A stretch of 64,000 nucleotides of DNA, taken from IMG/VR virus record IMGVR_UViG_3300033490_000001. One strand, 5' to 3'. The number at the start of each line of letters is the position of its first letter. The stretch's first letter is position 1. Source of the DNA: a virus. Below are positions 1 to 10,037 of the stretch, piece after piece. The notes beneath the pieces were generated by a model, which was not told where the DNA came from, did no database searches, and worked only from the letters and a program-made list of their open reading frames with translations. A program made the translations under genes and the position numbers.

Positions 1-4
1 TGTA

Positions 5-577
5 ATGATTACGATTGGAGAACTTGTAAAACGCGGTGTCCTCTCAATTAAGCGCGGACACGAGGTCGGGTCAATTTACTACGGCCGAGGTCCGATTCCG
101 TTTGTCAGAACAACTGACATTGTCAATTGGGAAGTAAAAATCGACCCAGTAAAGGGCTTGCCTGAGGAAATTTATGAACGCTTTCGTCGAAAGCAAGATG
201 TCAGACCAAACGATATTCTACTTGTCACCGACGGAACCTTTCTCATCGGTCGCACGGCACTCGTGACAGAAGCAGATGGTAAAATGGTCATTCAAAGCCA
301 CATTCGACGAATTCGCTGCTTGAAGCCTCACGAACTTCATCCTTATTTGCTGTTGTATCTCTTAAATACAAAACTCGTTCAGCAGCAAATAAAGGATAAG
401 ACATTCGTTCAAGCCACGATCTCTACTGTTGGTGAGCGATTACTCGAAATAGTGCTTCCTATTCCCAAGGATCCAGAAGAACGAGCACGCATTATTGCTG
501 AAGTCGGTGCTATAATAGAGTTGAAAAAGCAAGCTAGAACTCGCATTGCCCAGTTGCTTGATCGACCGCTCTCTTGA
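5..577 (+). CDS. C-terminal target-recognition (type I HsdS-like) region of an N6-adenine MTase/specificity protein; probably 5'-truncated by the window edge
   Basis: TRD-like motifs (IPFVRTTDIVN, DILLVTDGTFLIGRTALV, YLLYLLN, LEIVLPIP) and a C-terminal helix; directly upstream of a REase-like gene. Confidence 0.7.
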   Translation: MITIGELVKRGVLSIKRGHEVGSIYYGRGPIPFVRTTDIVNWEVKIDPVKGLPEEIYERFRRKQDVRPNDILLVTDGTFLIGRTALVTEADGKMVIQSHIRRIRCLKPHELHPYLLLYLLNTKLVQQQIKDKTFVQATISTVGERLLEIVLPIPKDPEERARIIAEVGAIIELKKQARTRIAQLLDRPLS

Positions 578-653
578 AGCGGTTCCGAAGACAGTGTAGT
601 GGATTGTGATGAGGGAGGAGAAACCAATGTGAAAAGTCGGAGGGGGATGTGTT

Positions 654-1709
654 ATGGCTAAAGGGCGAACTGTGTCGGCTCGGGAATTGACTGAATTTGA
701 CCGCAAGTGGTTAAAGATCGCTCAGAGCTTATCCTCAGCGCTCGGAAAATTAATTCGCGAAGAAGACAAACGCGAGGAATTTCTCTCAGAGTGGGCTAAA
801 ATTTCTTTTACCCGCGATGCTGGAGCTGGGAGAGGCGGCGGGAAATTGCAGCGTGATGCTCTCTGCACGAGAGGAAGGACTGACCAATCTCCGTTCTCGA
901 ATCGTAATTTGCGCTGGCATCCACTTATAATTGCGTATGAAACTCCCAGTTGGGCAATCACGGTCGAGGATATATCGATACGAGATGATAAAATACATTT
1001 TGTCATTAATAATAGAGTCTATAGCTCAGAAGAGGTTTATAAGCTCGAGAGTGAACAGTCTTTGGGCGATTACCTAAATGAACCGCAGATTACAACAAAG
1101 AAACCATATTGTGCACCGCATCGATTATGGGAAAATTATGCCAAAAGCTTAGAAAACTGGAATGATGAAAAATGGACGAAAAATTCGTGTGCTATCCCAG
1201 CTGCCGAATATAGTCCAGCTGAATATTGTATTGAAGTGTTCGCTCTTCTGGCAGTCATTGTGTTAGATAACCGCTTCAATGTTAATTACGAAACATCAGT
1301 GGAGGTAATAATGAAAGTTTTTAAAGATAGTCATTACACGCCAACACGTCAATTTTCCGAGGTAGTAGATCCAATTTCAATCGAAGATATACTGCTATGC
1401 CCATTATGTAAAGCAAGATTGAATGAACCACCCGCAGGAATTCCGACGAAGGTTCGTCCGTCAGTCTTTCAGCCTCCATGGCGAGAACCCAAGCGCGAAG
1501 AAGGCGAGCCTGAAAGTATCCAATTGTTCCACGTTGAACCGTTGATCGAGACGGAAATACGACACACTCCAAAATTGACCCGCTATGGTCACCGGTGGTG
1601 CAATGTCGCAATGGCCGATCGTTCTCTTGAGGAAACAATCAACTTTATGGAAGCAGTAGTTAAAGCGCACCGAAGTTCGTGTAACACCGCTCCGCAACAA
1701 GAATCATAG
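654..1709 (+). CDS. Putative type II restriction endonuclease, BstXI-like/HNH-like
   Basis: C-terminal LCPLC...LFHVEPL...H...YGHRWCNVAM resembles the His-Me/BstXI-type pattern; more AT-rich than its flanks; adjacent to the MTase/TRD gene. Confidence 0.55.
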   Translation: MAKGRTVSARELTEFDRKWLKIAQSLSSALGKLIREEDKREEFLSEWAKISFTRDAGAGRGGGKLQRDALCTRGRTDQSPFSNRNLRWHPLIIAYETPSWAITVEDISIRDDKIHFVINNRVYSSEEVYKLESEQSLGDYLNEPQITTKKPYCAPHRLWENYAKSLENWNDEKWTKNSCAIPAAEYSPAEYCIEVFALLAVIVLDNRFNVNYETSVEVIMKVFKDSHYTPTRQFSEVVDPISIEDILLCPLCKARLNEPPAGIPTKVRPSVFQPPWREPKREEGEPESIQLFHVEPLIETEIRHTPKLTRYGHRWCNVAMADRSLEETINFMEAVVKAHRSSCNTAPQQES

Positions 1710-1774
1710 TCATTCAGTATTCGACGAAAGGACGCTGAAGCGGTTGTCAGTCCCTTGAACGGGAGGCAGTTGAG

Positions 1775-2437
1775 ATGCGATGGGCTTATCTGAGTTTGGG
1801 CTTCGTGGTCGGTTTGGTTGCCGCTCAAACCGTCAAGTTTCCCGTCCCTCAAGGTCAAACCATCAAAGCAACCGTTGTCAGCGTCACTGACGGAGACACA
1901 ATCAAAGTCCGTGTCGGCAACGAACTTCAAACCGTCCGCATCATCGGCTACGATGCTCCCGAACTAAACCAACCCTTCGGCGACAAGGCTTTCCTTTACC
2001 TGAAAACGCTGCTTGAAGGTCGTGAAGTCATCTTGGAGAGCGATGTTCAAGCGACGGACAAGTATGGACGAAGTCTTTACCATGTCTGGCTTCCTCAGGT
2101 TTTGGTCGGAGAGTTGATGCTGCTTTCTGGTTTAGGTCAAATCATGACCATCCCGCCCAATGTCCGCCATTCCGATTACTATCAGCGGGTTCAGACCGCC
2201 GCAAGGTCTGTCGGGCTCGGCATTTGGGCAGTTCCTTTCCCGACTGGTAGGGAAACTCAGGAACGGGCAACGCAAGGGAGAGCGACACAGGAAGGCTCTG
2301 ACATCGTTTACATCACCCGAACAGGGACGAAGTTCCATCGGGCTGGCTGCCGCTACCTGCAATATAGCGCCATCCCAATTAGACGATCTGAGGCTATCGC
2401 TCAGGGCTATTCACCTTGCTCGGTTTGCAGACCTTAA
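1775..2437 (+). CDS. Secreted or membrane-anchored thermonuclease (SNase) with C-terminal Cys/His metal-binding domain
   Basis: Signal peptide; VTDGDTIKV, VRIIGYDAPE, DKYGRSL motifs; C-terminal VYITRTGTKFHRAGC...GYSPCSVCRP. Confidence 0.9.
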   Translation: MRWAYLSLGFVVGLVAAQTVKFPVPQGQTIKATVVSVTDGDTIKVRVGNELQTVRIIGYDAPELNQPFGDKAFLYLKTLLEGREVILESDVQATDKYGRSLYHVWLPQVLVGELMLLSGLGQIMTIPPNVRHSDYYQRVQTAARSVGLGIWAVPFPTGRETQERATQGRATQEGSDIVYITRTGTKFHRAGCRYLQYSAIPIRRSEAIAQGYSPCSVCRP

Positions 2438-2450
2438 GGAGGCGATTGTT

Positions 2451-2838
2451 GTGGTTCGCAGTGCCATTGTTGTGGGAATGGCTATTCTACTTGTGACCGT
2501 TTCGCTTGCGGGCTGTGGGAAATCAACCACTACAACGACAGCGCAAAAGCAGCAACCAACTTTTACCTTACAGCAACCAACCTTTAAAGCGCAACCTGCA
2601 ATGCAACAACAACCGAGACAGTCAATACAACAACCGACCCAAGTCAACCCAACTCAGCAGTGGCAGCAATATCCCACAACGCAACAACCGACTCAAATGG
2701 ACATCGTTTACATCACTCAATTCGGAAAGCGCTATCACCGTGATGGATGTAGGTGTCTTCAACAAAGTAGCATTCCCTATTTCCCGTTCTGATGCCATCG
2801 CGAAAGGCTACGCTCCTTGCGAAGTCTGTCGCCCTTAG
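2451..2838 (+). pseudogene. Q/T-rich lipoprotein with the same C-terminal metal-binding domain; +1 frameshift at 2775-2777 (real or assembly error)
   Basis: AGGAGG RBS then GTG at 2451; lipobox LAGC; VYITQFGKRYHRDGC in one frame and ISRSDAIAKGYAPCEVCRP in another; removing one C from ATTCCCTATT restores the paralog of the SNase C-terminus. Confidence 0.75.
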
Positions 2839-2888
2839 AATTATTATTGTCTTAGGTTACATTCTGCATTCCAAGAGAGGAGGAGATC

Positions 2889-3890
2889 ATGATCGGAAAG
2901 AAAAATGCAAAAGGAACTCCTCGCCGACGTGCATCGCGATCTAAAAGACCAGATACCCTCAAACTTAAGCTAAAGGGAGGTTGGGAAAATAATGTAGAAG
3001 GGTCTCGCTATCGCCGTCTGGCGTTGTTGACAATTGTTGCTATATGCGCTTTCATCTTCCGCGCGTGCGTCAATTTCCTTTCGGATCAAATTGATAGGTC
3101 TATTGATAAGTCCATGCGAATAATTGACGAAGAAATGATGCAGAAACTGGTTGAGATCTGGTATCGACATGATTTTTCGAGATCGGATGATTTCGACTTC
3201 GGAGGCGTAGGCATCGTTATTGCACCGAACATGGTTCTTACGAGCGCTCGCGCTGCAGGCTGGAAAGGTACTGGTAGTGTGTGGTGTTATGTCGATGAAG
3301 GAAAGCAAAAGTATATCGAGGCTCCAGATTTAAATTACGATTTCATCCCTAAGCCAGTTCAGTGGATCGTGAAATCATTCAGGCATGAGCTTAGCGCATA
3401 TCCAGTTTTGGTTATGCCGAAAGGCTACGGTGTGGCTATACTACGCGTAGAAGGGCTCACGGCTTTACGTTACCCGAGAATCGCTAACACCAGACCAAGC
3501 AAAGACAGTTTTATTCGAGTTCGAGAGGTGTTCTTTGTACCGAGACGTCATGGTGGTGTGGTTGAGAATGAAGAAGTGCATCATTTGCAGGTTGAGCAAC
3601 CAGAAGTTACCTTTGTTCGTTGCTTTCCTTATAGCTGGAACAGGATTGAAATACCAGTCAAAGTAATACTTGCAAGCACTCTACGCGAAACAGAACACTT
3701 CCTGTCTGATATACGAAGCGGCGCTCCAGTTTATAATCAGAACGGTGAACTTTGTGGAGTAGTGCTTGAATCATCAGTTTACGCAGAATCCCTTCATGGC
3801 TTCTACTCAGGGCAAGAGCAGTTGTGTGTCTGGATTGAGCCGCTCAACGAAGTAGAAGATATGATTGAGGCAGTTCTAATTAACAAGTAG
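2889..3890 (+). CDS. Membrane-anchored trypsin-like serine protease fold protein, possibly inactive
   Basis: One TM helix; GVGIVIAPNMVLTSAR (His position is Arg) and RSGAPVYNQNGELCGV, which resemble trypsin motifs. Confidence 0.55.
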   Translation: MIGKKNAKGTPRRRASRSKRPDTLKLKLKGGWENNVEGSRYRRLALLTIVAICAFIFRACVNFLSDQIDRSIDKSMRIIDEEMMQKLVEIWYRHDFSRSDDFDFGGVGIVIAPNMVLTSARAAGWKGTGSVWCYVDEGKQKYIEAPDLNYDFIPKPVQWIVKSFRHELSAYPVLVMPKGYGVAILRVEGLTALRYPRIANTRPSKDSFIRVREVFFVPRRHGGVVENEEVHHLQVEQPEVTFVRCFPYSWNRIEIPVKVILASTLRETEHFLSDIRSGAPVYNQNGELCGVVLESSVYAESLHGFYSGQEQLCVWIEPLNEVEDMIEAVLINK

Positions 3891-3909
3891 GCGGAGTCAT
3901 TTGAGTCGT

Positions 3910-4233
3910 CTACTTCACTGCCAGCCTCTTCAATATCCTTCCATCTTCAGCGAACCATTCTATCACGGCGTTTCCTTGATCATCAAGGGTGATTCCAAGC
4001 CGTTTCTTGCCATGCTGGTCATTGATGAGAACGATTGGGTCACCAAGCGGGTTTGTGCTGAAGACAACAAGAGCTGGCTTGTAAATAGGACCGATTTCAA
4101 GCCTTTGCGTCCTGATGTTTTCCCAGCGATGAACTCCAGTTGACCACACGAAGAGCACGCCCAAGACCAAAACGCAGATGCTTAGAAACACGCACCACTT
4201 CTCTAACCGCTTCAACCTGCGCTCAACTGACAT
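3910..4233 (-). CDS. Small membrane-anchored hypothetical protein
   Basis: GGAGG RBS before ATG at 4233 (MSVERRL); one TM segment. Confidence 0.6.
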   Translation of the reverse strand: MSVERRLKRLEKWCVFLSICVLVLGVLFVWSTGVHRWENIRTQRLEIGPIYKPALVVFSTNPLGDPIVLINDQHGKKRLGITLDDQGNAVIEWFAEDGRILKRLAVK

Positions 4234-4304
4234 AGTCTCTTCGCCTCCAGTTACATGTCCGCCGGTAAATCGACCAAACGCTGAATACAATCTAAATCGT
4301 CCGA

Positions 4305-4748
4305 CTATGCTTGGTAGATGAGCACACCGCGATGCCAGTCAATATCCTCTTCTTCCTCAGTGCTTTTAGTTCGCAATGATTCTAACTCGCAAATTGCTCG
4401 TTTATTGAGCAAACTGGTCGCCAGCGTCAGAAACACTGATACTGTGTTGCCAATCTGAAATCCAATGTCTTGCGGTAATTCTTCGGGCACTAGTAACACC
4501 AAAACGGCGCAGTCTTGAATCCATAACAACAGCGTTTCATTATCACCTAGCTGAAACGAGACAGCAAACGGATCTACATCCGGACGCCAACTCAATCTCA
4601 TCCCTGCCAACTGCCAATCGCTTTCGACAATCGTCGATAGAATTTGCCTGAATGTAGCTCCTGCCATCGGCCACGCCCTCTCAACCCGCCACCCTTCCTC
4701 CTCGCAGTCGAATTGCCATTCCTCGCCGTTTAGAAAGTAACGAACCAT
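4305..4748 (-). CDS. Hypothetical protein
   Basis: 147-aa ORF with RBS, co-oriented with the operon. Confidence 0.6.
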   Translation of the reverse strand: MVRYFLNGEEWQFDCEEEGWRVERAWPMAGATFRQILSTIVESDWQLAGMRLSWRPDVDPFAVSFQLGDNETLLLWIQDCAVLVLLVPEELPQDIGFQIGNTVSVFLTLATSLLNKRAICELESLRTKSTEEEEDIDWHRGVLIYQA

Positions 4749-4847
4749 TAGCAGTAAGCCTCCCTTCGCAGTGTTGGATTTCCCGAGTACCCAAAGCCGA
4801 TCACCGCCCGCTATTGTCGTTTTCGATTCAAATCAACGATCGGCCGA

Positions 4848-5294
4848 TCAATTGTCAGTTTCATCCGATGTTCGCTGACGAACACTTCGTACCTTAGGTC
4901 TCGATTCCACAGCCATTGGTTTCTTATCAGTTTCAATTTCGGCGCGCAGCCTTTTGTGAAGCTCGAGTAATTCCCGCTCTAAAACTTCAGGTGGAACTTT
5001 CTCAAGCAGGTAAGGGTTGATTTGACCCATCGCAGAAAAAACTTCATCAGGATCGACTTCGAGAAGTTCAGCAAGCAAAACCGCATTTTGTGGAGAAAGG
5101 AGACGCCCATACGGTTTCTCCTTGCCGAGGAATGCCACATAGGAGTAAGAGATTCGAAGGTGATAAGCGATGTCAACCAATCCCATTCGCTTGCGGTCCA
5201 TCCACTCTTTCAACCGCTTCCCGAAATGACCCATAATCCGCATCGCTACATCGTCCGGCACGTTCCGCAGATGCACGCCGATTGGACGCTTCAT
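4848..5294 (-). CDS. XRE-family HTH transcriptional regulator
   Basis: FGKRLKEWMDRKRMGLVDIAYHLRISYSYVAFL HTH pattern; AVLLAELLEVDPDEV. Confidence 0.7.
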   Translation of the reverse strand: MKRPIGVHLRNVPDDVAMRIMGHFGKRLKEWMDRKRMGLVDIAYHLRISYSYVAFLGKEKPYGRLLSPQNAVLLAELLEVDPDEVFSAMGQINPYLLEKVPPEVLERELLELHKRLRAEIETDKKPMAVESRPKVRSVRQRTSDETDN

Positions 5295-5345
5295 GCCATT
5301 CGCCTCCTTCTGTGATTGTCGCTCCTAATGCTACTGGTCTAAAGT

Positions 5346-5789
5346 TTAATCGCTTGTAGGAGATTTCGCAAGTGCATCGCACAACCAGCCATCAGTTGTC
5401 AGTGCGTAAATCTCACCTGACTCTCGCGATGATCGACGAATAATTCTGAACTTGTAATAGGTGCACGGTATCATCGCTGCAAGTTCTTTTGCAGCTGCGT
5501 CCTTGCGGTGCTCACATCCGATTGCGTTGTGAAGCGCAACCCAGACGACATCATAATGCGTCCATGCTTCTTGAGAGTTGTCTCCAACTACATCGGCAAT
5601 TTCTAGGATGCTTTTCAGAAAGTCTGCGGCAAGGTCGGGATGTTCGGCATCGATTTCATGAACGACTCTATCCCACAGTTCATCGTCATCTTGAATTGCT
5701 CTCAGAACTGCTAACAGTGGTTGTGGAATGTCGCTCATCACTTCCTCTGCTAACCGTCGTTCAAGCTCTTCAGCTGGCAACTCACGCAT
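5346..5789 (-). CDS. Hypothetical protein
   Basis: 147-aa acidic ORF with GGAGGTG RBS. Confidence 0.6.
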   Translation of the reverse strand: MRELPAEELERRLAEEVMSDIPQPLLAVLRAIQDDDELWDRVVHEIDAEHPDLAADFLKSILEIADVVGDNSQEAWTHYDVVWVALHNAIGCEHRKDAAAKELAAMIPCTYYKFRIIRRSSRESGEIYALTTDGWLCDALAKSPTSD

Positions 5790-5806
5790 GCTTCTTCACC
5801 TCCGTC

Positions 5807-8629
5807 TTATTTCACTTCGATAGTCTCAGCAGCTTCTTGGACTTGACGCCAAAGTTTCTGCCATTCGTCGGGCGTTATGCCTACAGAACGCTCAATTACC
5901 GTCCCATCGAGCACCGTCTTTGCTGCTTCGTCCTTTCTGCGAAGCAAGTCAAACAAGTAATCATCGAGTGTCCGGCTACCGCAAATGACATGGACTTCGA
6001 CAGGTTTCTCTGAGACGATCCTGTGAACGCGCATGATCGCTTGCGCGTATTGGTCATAGGCAAAGCACAACGAATGAATTATCGCTCTCGGCACGAACGC
6101 TAAGTCGTGACCGTGAGCCATTGCTGAAATCGAAGCAAGTAGCACTCCACCCTGACGCTCAAATGCCGTGATGACCTGTCCGCGCCGTGCTGGCGAAAGC
6201 GATTGAGTCTTTCCGCCTTTATTCTCAACCGCTAAGTGAACTGGAACGCCTCGCTTGCCAAGTTCTTGTGCGATGAACGGCAATACACCAACCGTTTGAG
6301 CGAACACGACAGCGTAGCCGTGTTCTCTATAGAATTCGGTTGCAAGGTCAATAGTCAGTCGGTTCTTGTGCGTCCATTCAGTCGGTTGTGGCAGCTCTCT
6401 GAACGCTGACAGTTTCACTGGATAGCCAGTCGCTGTCGTTGAAGTTGGGTGACCGATGACGAACAGAAGGTGTGACATTTGGCTGAGGATCTTCGCTATT
6501 GGGTGAATTTCACGGTTGTGAGTTTCAACGAACCAGCGCTCGAACACATCGTCATCGCACCAAGCGCGATACCACTCTGCTTGCGTCGGTGTCAGCGGAA
6601 CCCTGTGCACTTCGATCTTCAACGGTACGATGTCTTCGCCAGTTTGGTCCTTGGTGCGACGAAGGATTATCGCTGACAGAAGCCGTTGCGCTACCGCGAT
6701 GTTCGTCGGTTCAGGCGCTAACTTGCGCCGTCCAGTTTCGAGGTTTCGTTCGACAACCATGAACTGTTTTGAGAACCTGTTTACGCCTTCAGATTCAGCA
6801 GGAAATGGATAGGCGTCGGAGTTTGGCTTAGCTGCAAGTTGTAGGAGCATAGGCAAGTCCGAGAGCAGGTTCTTGATTGGCGTTCCTGTCAGTAGCAAGC
6901 GGTATTTTGCCGTGACTAACCGCCTTGCAGCGATTCCGCGCTTGCTCGTGCTGCTTTTGATGTAAGTTGCTTCGTCAATCACAAGCACACCGCCTTTGAC
7001 GAATTTTTTGAGATACCAAGCTGCGTCACGCGCCTTGAGTAGATGCGTTGCTTCATTGTAAGGACAGCCTTCGGAACACTTGTTGTGCCGAACGACGCGA
7101 TTGCACGCTGGACAGACATCGCCGTCATCTCGACGCAAAAGTTTCTCTTCCGAAGTTGTCGACCGGAGAACTTCATACCAAGTGATCGCGTAGATTGGAA
7201 TGTGTTTTGGGACAATCTTGGACAGCCAAGTCAAGTAAATCGATTCCTCGATGTTGTGAACGATGATGAACTGGTCAGCAAATTCGTCACCGAAGAATTT
7301 TCGGATTTCGCGCATCCATTGGTGAACCAAGTCCTGCGGGCACACGATGAGAACTCTCGGTCTAGCGCCCATCGAGACTGCGCCGAGCGCGAACACCAAG
7401 CCTGCAATTGTCTTGCCTAGACCTGGGTCCCAACCTAAGATGCCAGAACCCTTAGCCAGCATTCTAATCAAGTCTTCACGCTGAAACTTGAGAAGATGCT
7501 TGCCTGTGCTGTCTTTGATGACTTCTTCAATCATGTCGACGATCATTGTCGCTTTCTCAACTCTAGCTGGTACTACCTCGGCAACTGTCGGAATTTCTGG
7601 AAGATGGAAGACGGCTGCGAATTCATCAACTTCATCTTCACTGAACGAGCTTTTCCCGTTGTATTCCGATGGCAAGTAGACATGAAGCTTTCTGTGCGTT
7701 CGTTCCACGCGAGCCCACTCAACCGAACCGTCTTCGTGAAAGGTTAAAACCTCACCAAGTTCGGTCTTGTAGCGATGAATCGGAGTAACTGGGTAGATTT
7801 TGTTAGTCTCTTTCTCGACAATTGTAGGGCTGCTGGTTCGCAAAAGCTCAGCCATTCTAGCCAGTGGCGATGCTTGATGGATTGGAGCAGTCGCAAGCGT
7901 CGTCGCCGAACGCGTCTTGAGATCCATCAAAGCTTTCACGACTTCAGGGTCAGCAGTGATCGTTTCGCGATGAATCAAACTGAGAAGCTTCTCAGCGTCA
8001 GTAGGATTATTGATAAATATTCGATAGTCTTGTCTATTATAACGGTAAACAAAATCTCCTAGTCCAAGCTGCGAAAAGAACCACCTTCGTGCTGGGTCTT
8101 GTGCGAAGCTGATCTTACCATTCTCGATGCGGACATCAGGCGATGATTTTCGCGCGAACACAACTGATAAAGCGTAGTCGAAGTTGAGGACTTCGTTGGA
8201 GTTAGCGAGTTGCTGTAATGCTGTGCTTGAGAGGCTGGAGTGGATTGACAAGTTCGTGAACACTGCAATCGCGTCACCGAACAGTAACTTGATTCTCGGG
8301 TCATTTACTTGTGGTTTGCCGTCCCATTCAAGCACAATGAGAATGGGACGAATCCACGCTATTTCGGCGGCACGGTCAAGTGCTTGTCTGTGATGAGCGA
8401 TAACCGCTGGCGTTCTGACATCTCTGAGAACCGACAGGACCCTGTAGAGTTCTTCATACTGGACTGCCTTCATCGTTTTCGTGGACGGTTCGATGGCGTT
8501 AGCGAACTGCAACTTGAGCGACGCCTTTCGGCTGATGTTGTGCCGCAAGAAGAAGGTCTCATCCAGCACCAACACCGTCGACTTTGATACCAACTTGAGC
8601 GCATCACTTACCTTTGACATTCTTACCAC
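5807..8629 (-). CDS. SNF2/SWI2-family (SF2) helicase/translocase
   Basis: WDPGLGKT (motif I), LIVCP, VIDEATYIKS (II), LLLTGTPIKN (III), ILRRTKDQ, QAIMRVHRI (VI); Cys-rich insertion CPAC...C...C. Confidence 0.9.
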   Translation of the reverse strand: MVRMSKVSDALKLVSKSTVLVLDETFFLRHNISRKASLKLQFANAIEPSTKTMKAVQYEELYRVLSVLRDVRTPAVIAHHRQALDRAAEIAWIRPILIVLEWDGKPQVNDPRIKLLFGDAIAVFTNLSIHSSLSSTALQQLANSNEVLNFDYALSVVFARKSSPDVRIENGKISFAQDPARRWFFSQLGLGDFVYRYNRQDYRIFINNPTDAEKLLSLIHRETITADPEVVKALMDLKTRSATTLATAPIHQASPLARMAELLRTSSPTIVEKETNKIYPVTPIHRYKTELGEVLTFHEDGSVEWARVERTHRKLHVYLPSEYNGKSSFSEDEVDEFAAVFHLPEIPTVAEVVPARVEKATMIVDMIEEVIKDSTGKHLLKFQREDLIRMLAKGSGILGWDPGLGKTIAGLVFALGAVSMGARPRVLIVCPQDLVHQWMREIRKFFGDEFADQFIIVHNIEESIYLTWLSKIVPKHIPIYAITWYEVLRSTTSEEKLLRRDDGDVCPACNRVVRHNKCSEGCPYNEATHLLKARDAAWYLKKFVKGGVLVIDEATYIKSSTSKRGIAARRLVTAKYRLLLTGTPIKNLLSDLPMLLQLAAKPNSDAYPFPAESEGVNRFSKQFMVVERNLETGRRKLAPEPTNIAVAQRLLSAIILRRTKDQTGEDIVPLKIEVHRVPLTPTQAEWYRAWCDDDVFERWFVETHNREIHPIAKILSQMSHLLFVIGHPTSTTATGYPVKLSAFRELPQPTEWTHKNRLTIDLATEFYREHGYAVVFAQTVGVLPFIAQELGKRGVPVHLAVENKGGKTQSLSPARRGQVITAFERQGGVLLASISAMAHGHDLAFVPRAIIHSLCFAYDQYAQAIMRVHRIVSEKPVEVHVICGSRTLDDYLFDLLRRKDEAAKTVLDGTVIERSVGITPDEWQKLWRQVQEAAETIEVK

Positions 8630-9926
8630 CTCCGACGATCGGCGTAATATTTTGGTCCAATTCTACAAACCGCATCAACGGCGCAATAAACAACGCAGGA
8701 ACGGTCACTGTCGGACCGTTCCTGTTCTTAGTCAATGCGAGGTTAATTGGGCGAATCTTAGAGTTCTCTTCTTGGAAAGCGGGCAGCTGAATTGGCGGCA
8801 TTTGCATGGGTCTTAACATTACGACTTGCGATGCTGCGTGTGCAATCGCTGATGAGTAGTAGATTTGTTCTAAGTCAGCTTCGGACGCTTGTGCTGTACG
8901 ATTTATCTGCGACAAACCGACGATTATGCACCCGAACCTTAGCGCCAATCTCTTCAGCTCTCTGCTTAGGTCAGAAAGCGCTTCTACCATGCCATCATCT
9001 TTGGCAGAAGCCATCAGATGCAGGTAGTCGATAATTACGATGTGCGGCGAAAACTTCTGAAGTATCATCGCAAGTTGTGGAATATCGAACGCTTCAGGGT
9101 TGATTGACGGGTCAACGATCTCGATGTGAAGCTGGTTGAACAATTTGATCGAGAGCGCAAGCGGTTTTATCAGCGATAGTCTTTTGCTGCTGAACCATCC
9201 AAGCGGAAACATTCCTGAGTGCGCGAGAAATCTGGAGAGAATCTCTTGCTGGCGCATCTCAAGCGTGACATAGACGACTCTCTTGCCCGTCAATGCGGAT
9301 TTGATCGCAAGTTGGATTGCAAACGCAGTCTTGCCAACTGAAGTTCGACCTGCAACAACGAACAAGTCACCCGGCGCTGCCGATACCAAAGCGTTGTCTA
9401 AAGTCGGCAGCCCAGTTACAATACCTTGCTTTTCGCGGTTCAGCAGCGACCTAACTTGAGATAGAAGCGGAGGCTCATTGTCTTCGTCGAGTTCAAATCT
9501 CGCTAAAACTTCTCCGATTACATTTTCAGCTTCAGCGATTACCTCAGCGAGATCGTTCGGCGACCTAATGGCGCTGGACGCAAGTTCTGAGAGGCGTTTA
9601 GCAAGCGATTTTGCAAGCACAACTCGTTTGAGCATCTTGATGCGTTCAAGCGCAATCTTCTCTCGCGCTTGACCGTCCAAATTCTCGAATCCGAAACTTG
9701 TCAACTTCAACAGGTTTCCATCGAAATCTTGAATGGAAGTTGCAACCGAGAACGGGTCTATGTATGATTGCGTATCGACAAGTTTTTTGATCGCAACGAA
9801 CACGCGTTTGTGAACTGGGTCTTCAAAGTAATCTTCGGTCAGCATCGTTGTCAGTAATTCTGCAACTTTGTAGTCGTGGATGGCGAGCGATAACAAACTC
9901 TTTTCAAGTTGAGCCTGCGTGAGCAT
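8604..9926 (-). CDS. dnaB: DnaB-like replicative helicase
   Basis: N-terminal EKSLL...FEDPVHKRVF; VAGRTSVGKT, VTLEM, IIDYLHLM, LSQINR, KNRNGPT. Confidence 0.92.
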   Translation of the reverse strand: MLTQAQLEKSLLSLAIHDYKVAELLTTMLTEDYFEDPVHKRVFVAIKKLVDTQSYIDPFSVATSIQDFDGNLLKLTSFGFENLDGQAREKIALERIKMLKRVVLAKSLAKRLSELASSAIRSPNDLAEVIAEAENVIGEVLARFELDEDNEPPLLSQVRSLLNREKQGIVTGLPTLDNALVSAAPGDLFVVAGRTSVGKTAFAIQLAIKSALTGKRVVYVTLEMRQQEILSRFLAHSGMFPLGWFSSKRLSLIKPLALSIKLFNQLHIEIVDPSINPEAFDIPQLAMILQKFSPHIVIIDYLHLMASAKDDGMVEALSDLSRELKRLALRFGCIIVGLSQINRTAQASEADLEQIYYSSAIAHAASQVVMLRPMQMPPIQLPAFQEENSKIRPINLALTKNRNGPTVTVPALFIAPLMRFVELDQNITPIVGGGKNVKGK

Positions 9927-9944
9927 CTCGTTTCACCTCCGTTC

Positions 9945-9972
9945 TTGACAGTTACGACTGTGCGGCTATAAT
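9945..9972 (+). promoter_or_regulatory. sigma70-type promoter
   Basis: TTGACA(9945-9950)-16 nt-TATAAT(9967-9972). Confidence 0.8.
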
Positions 9973-10037
9973 TTCTCGTAGGTAGCTTCTACGCGGTCCG
10001 GAAGTGCTTCTTTATGTGCGAATTGGAGGAAGTGCGA

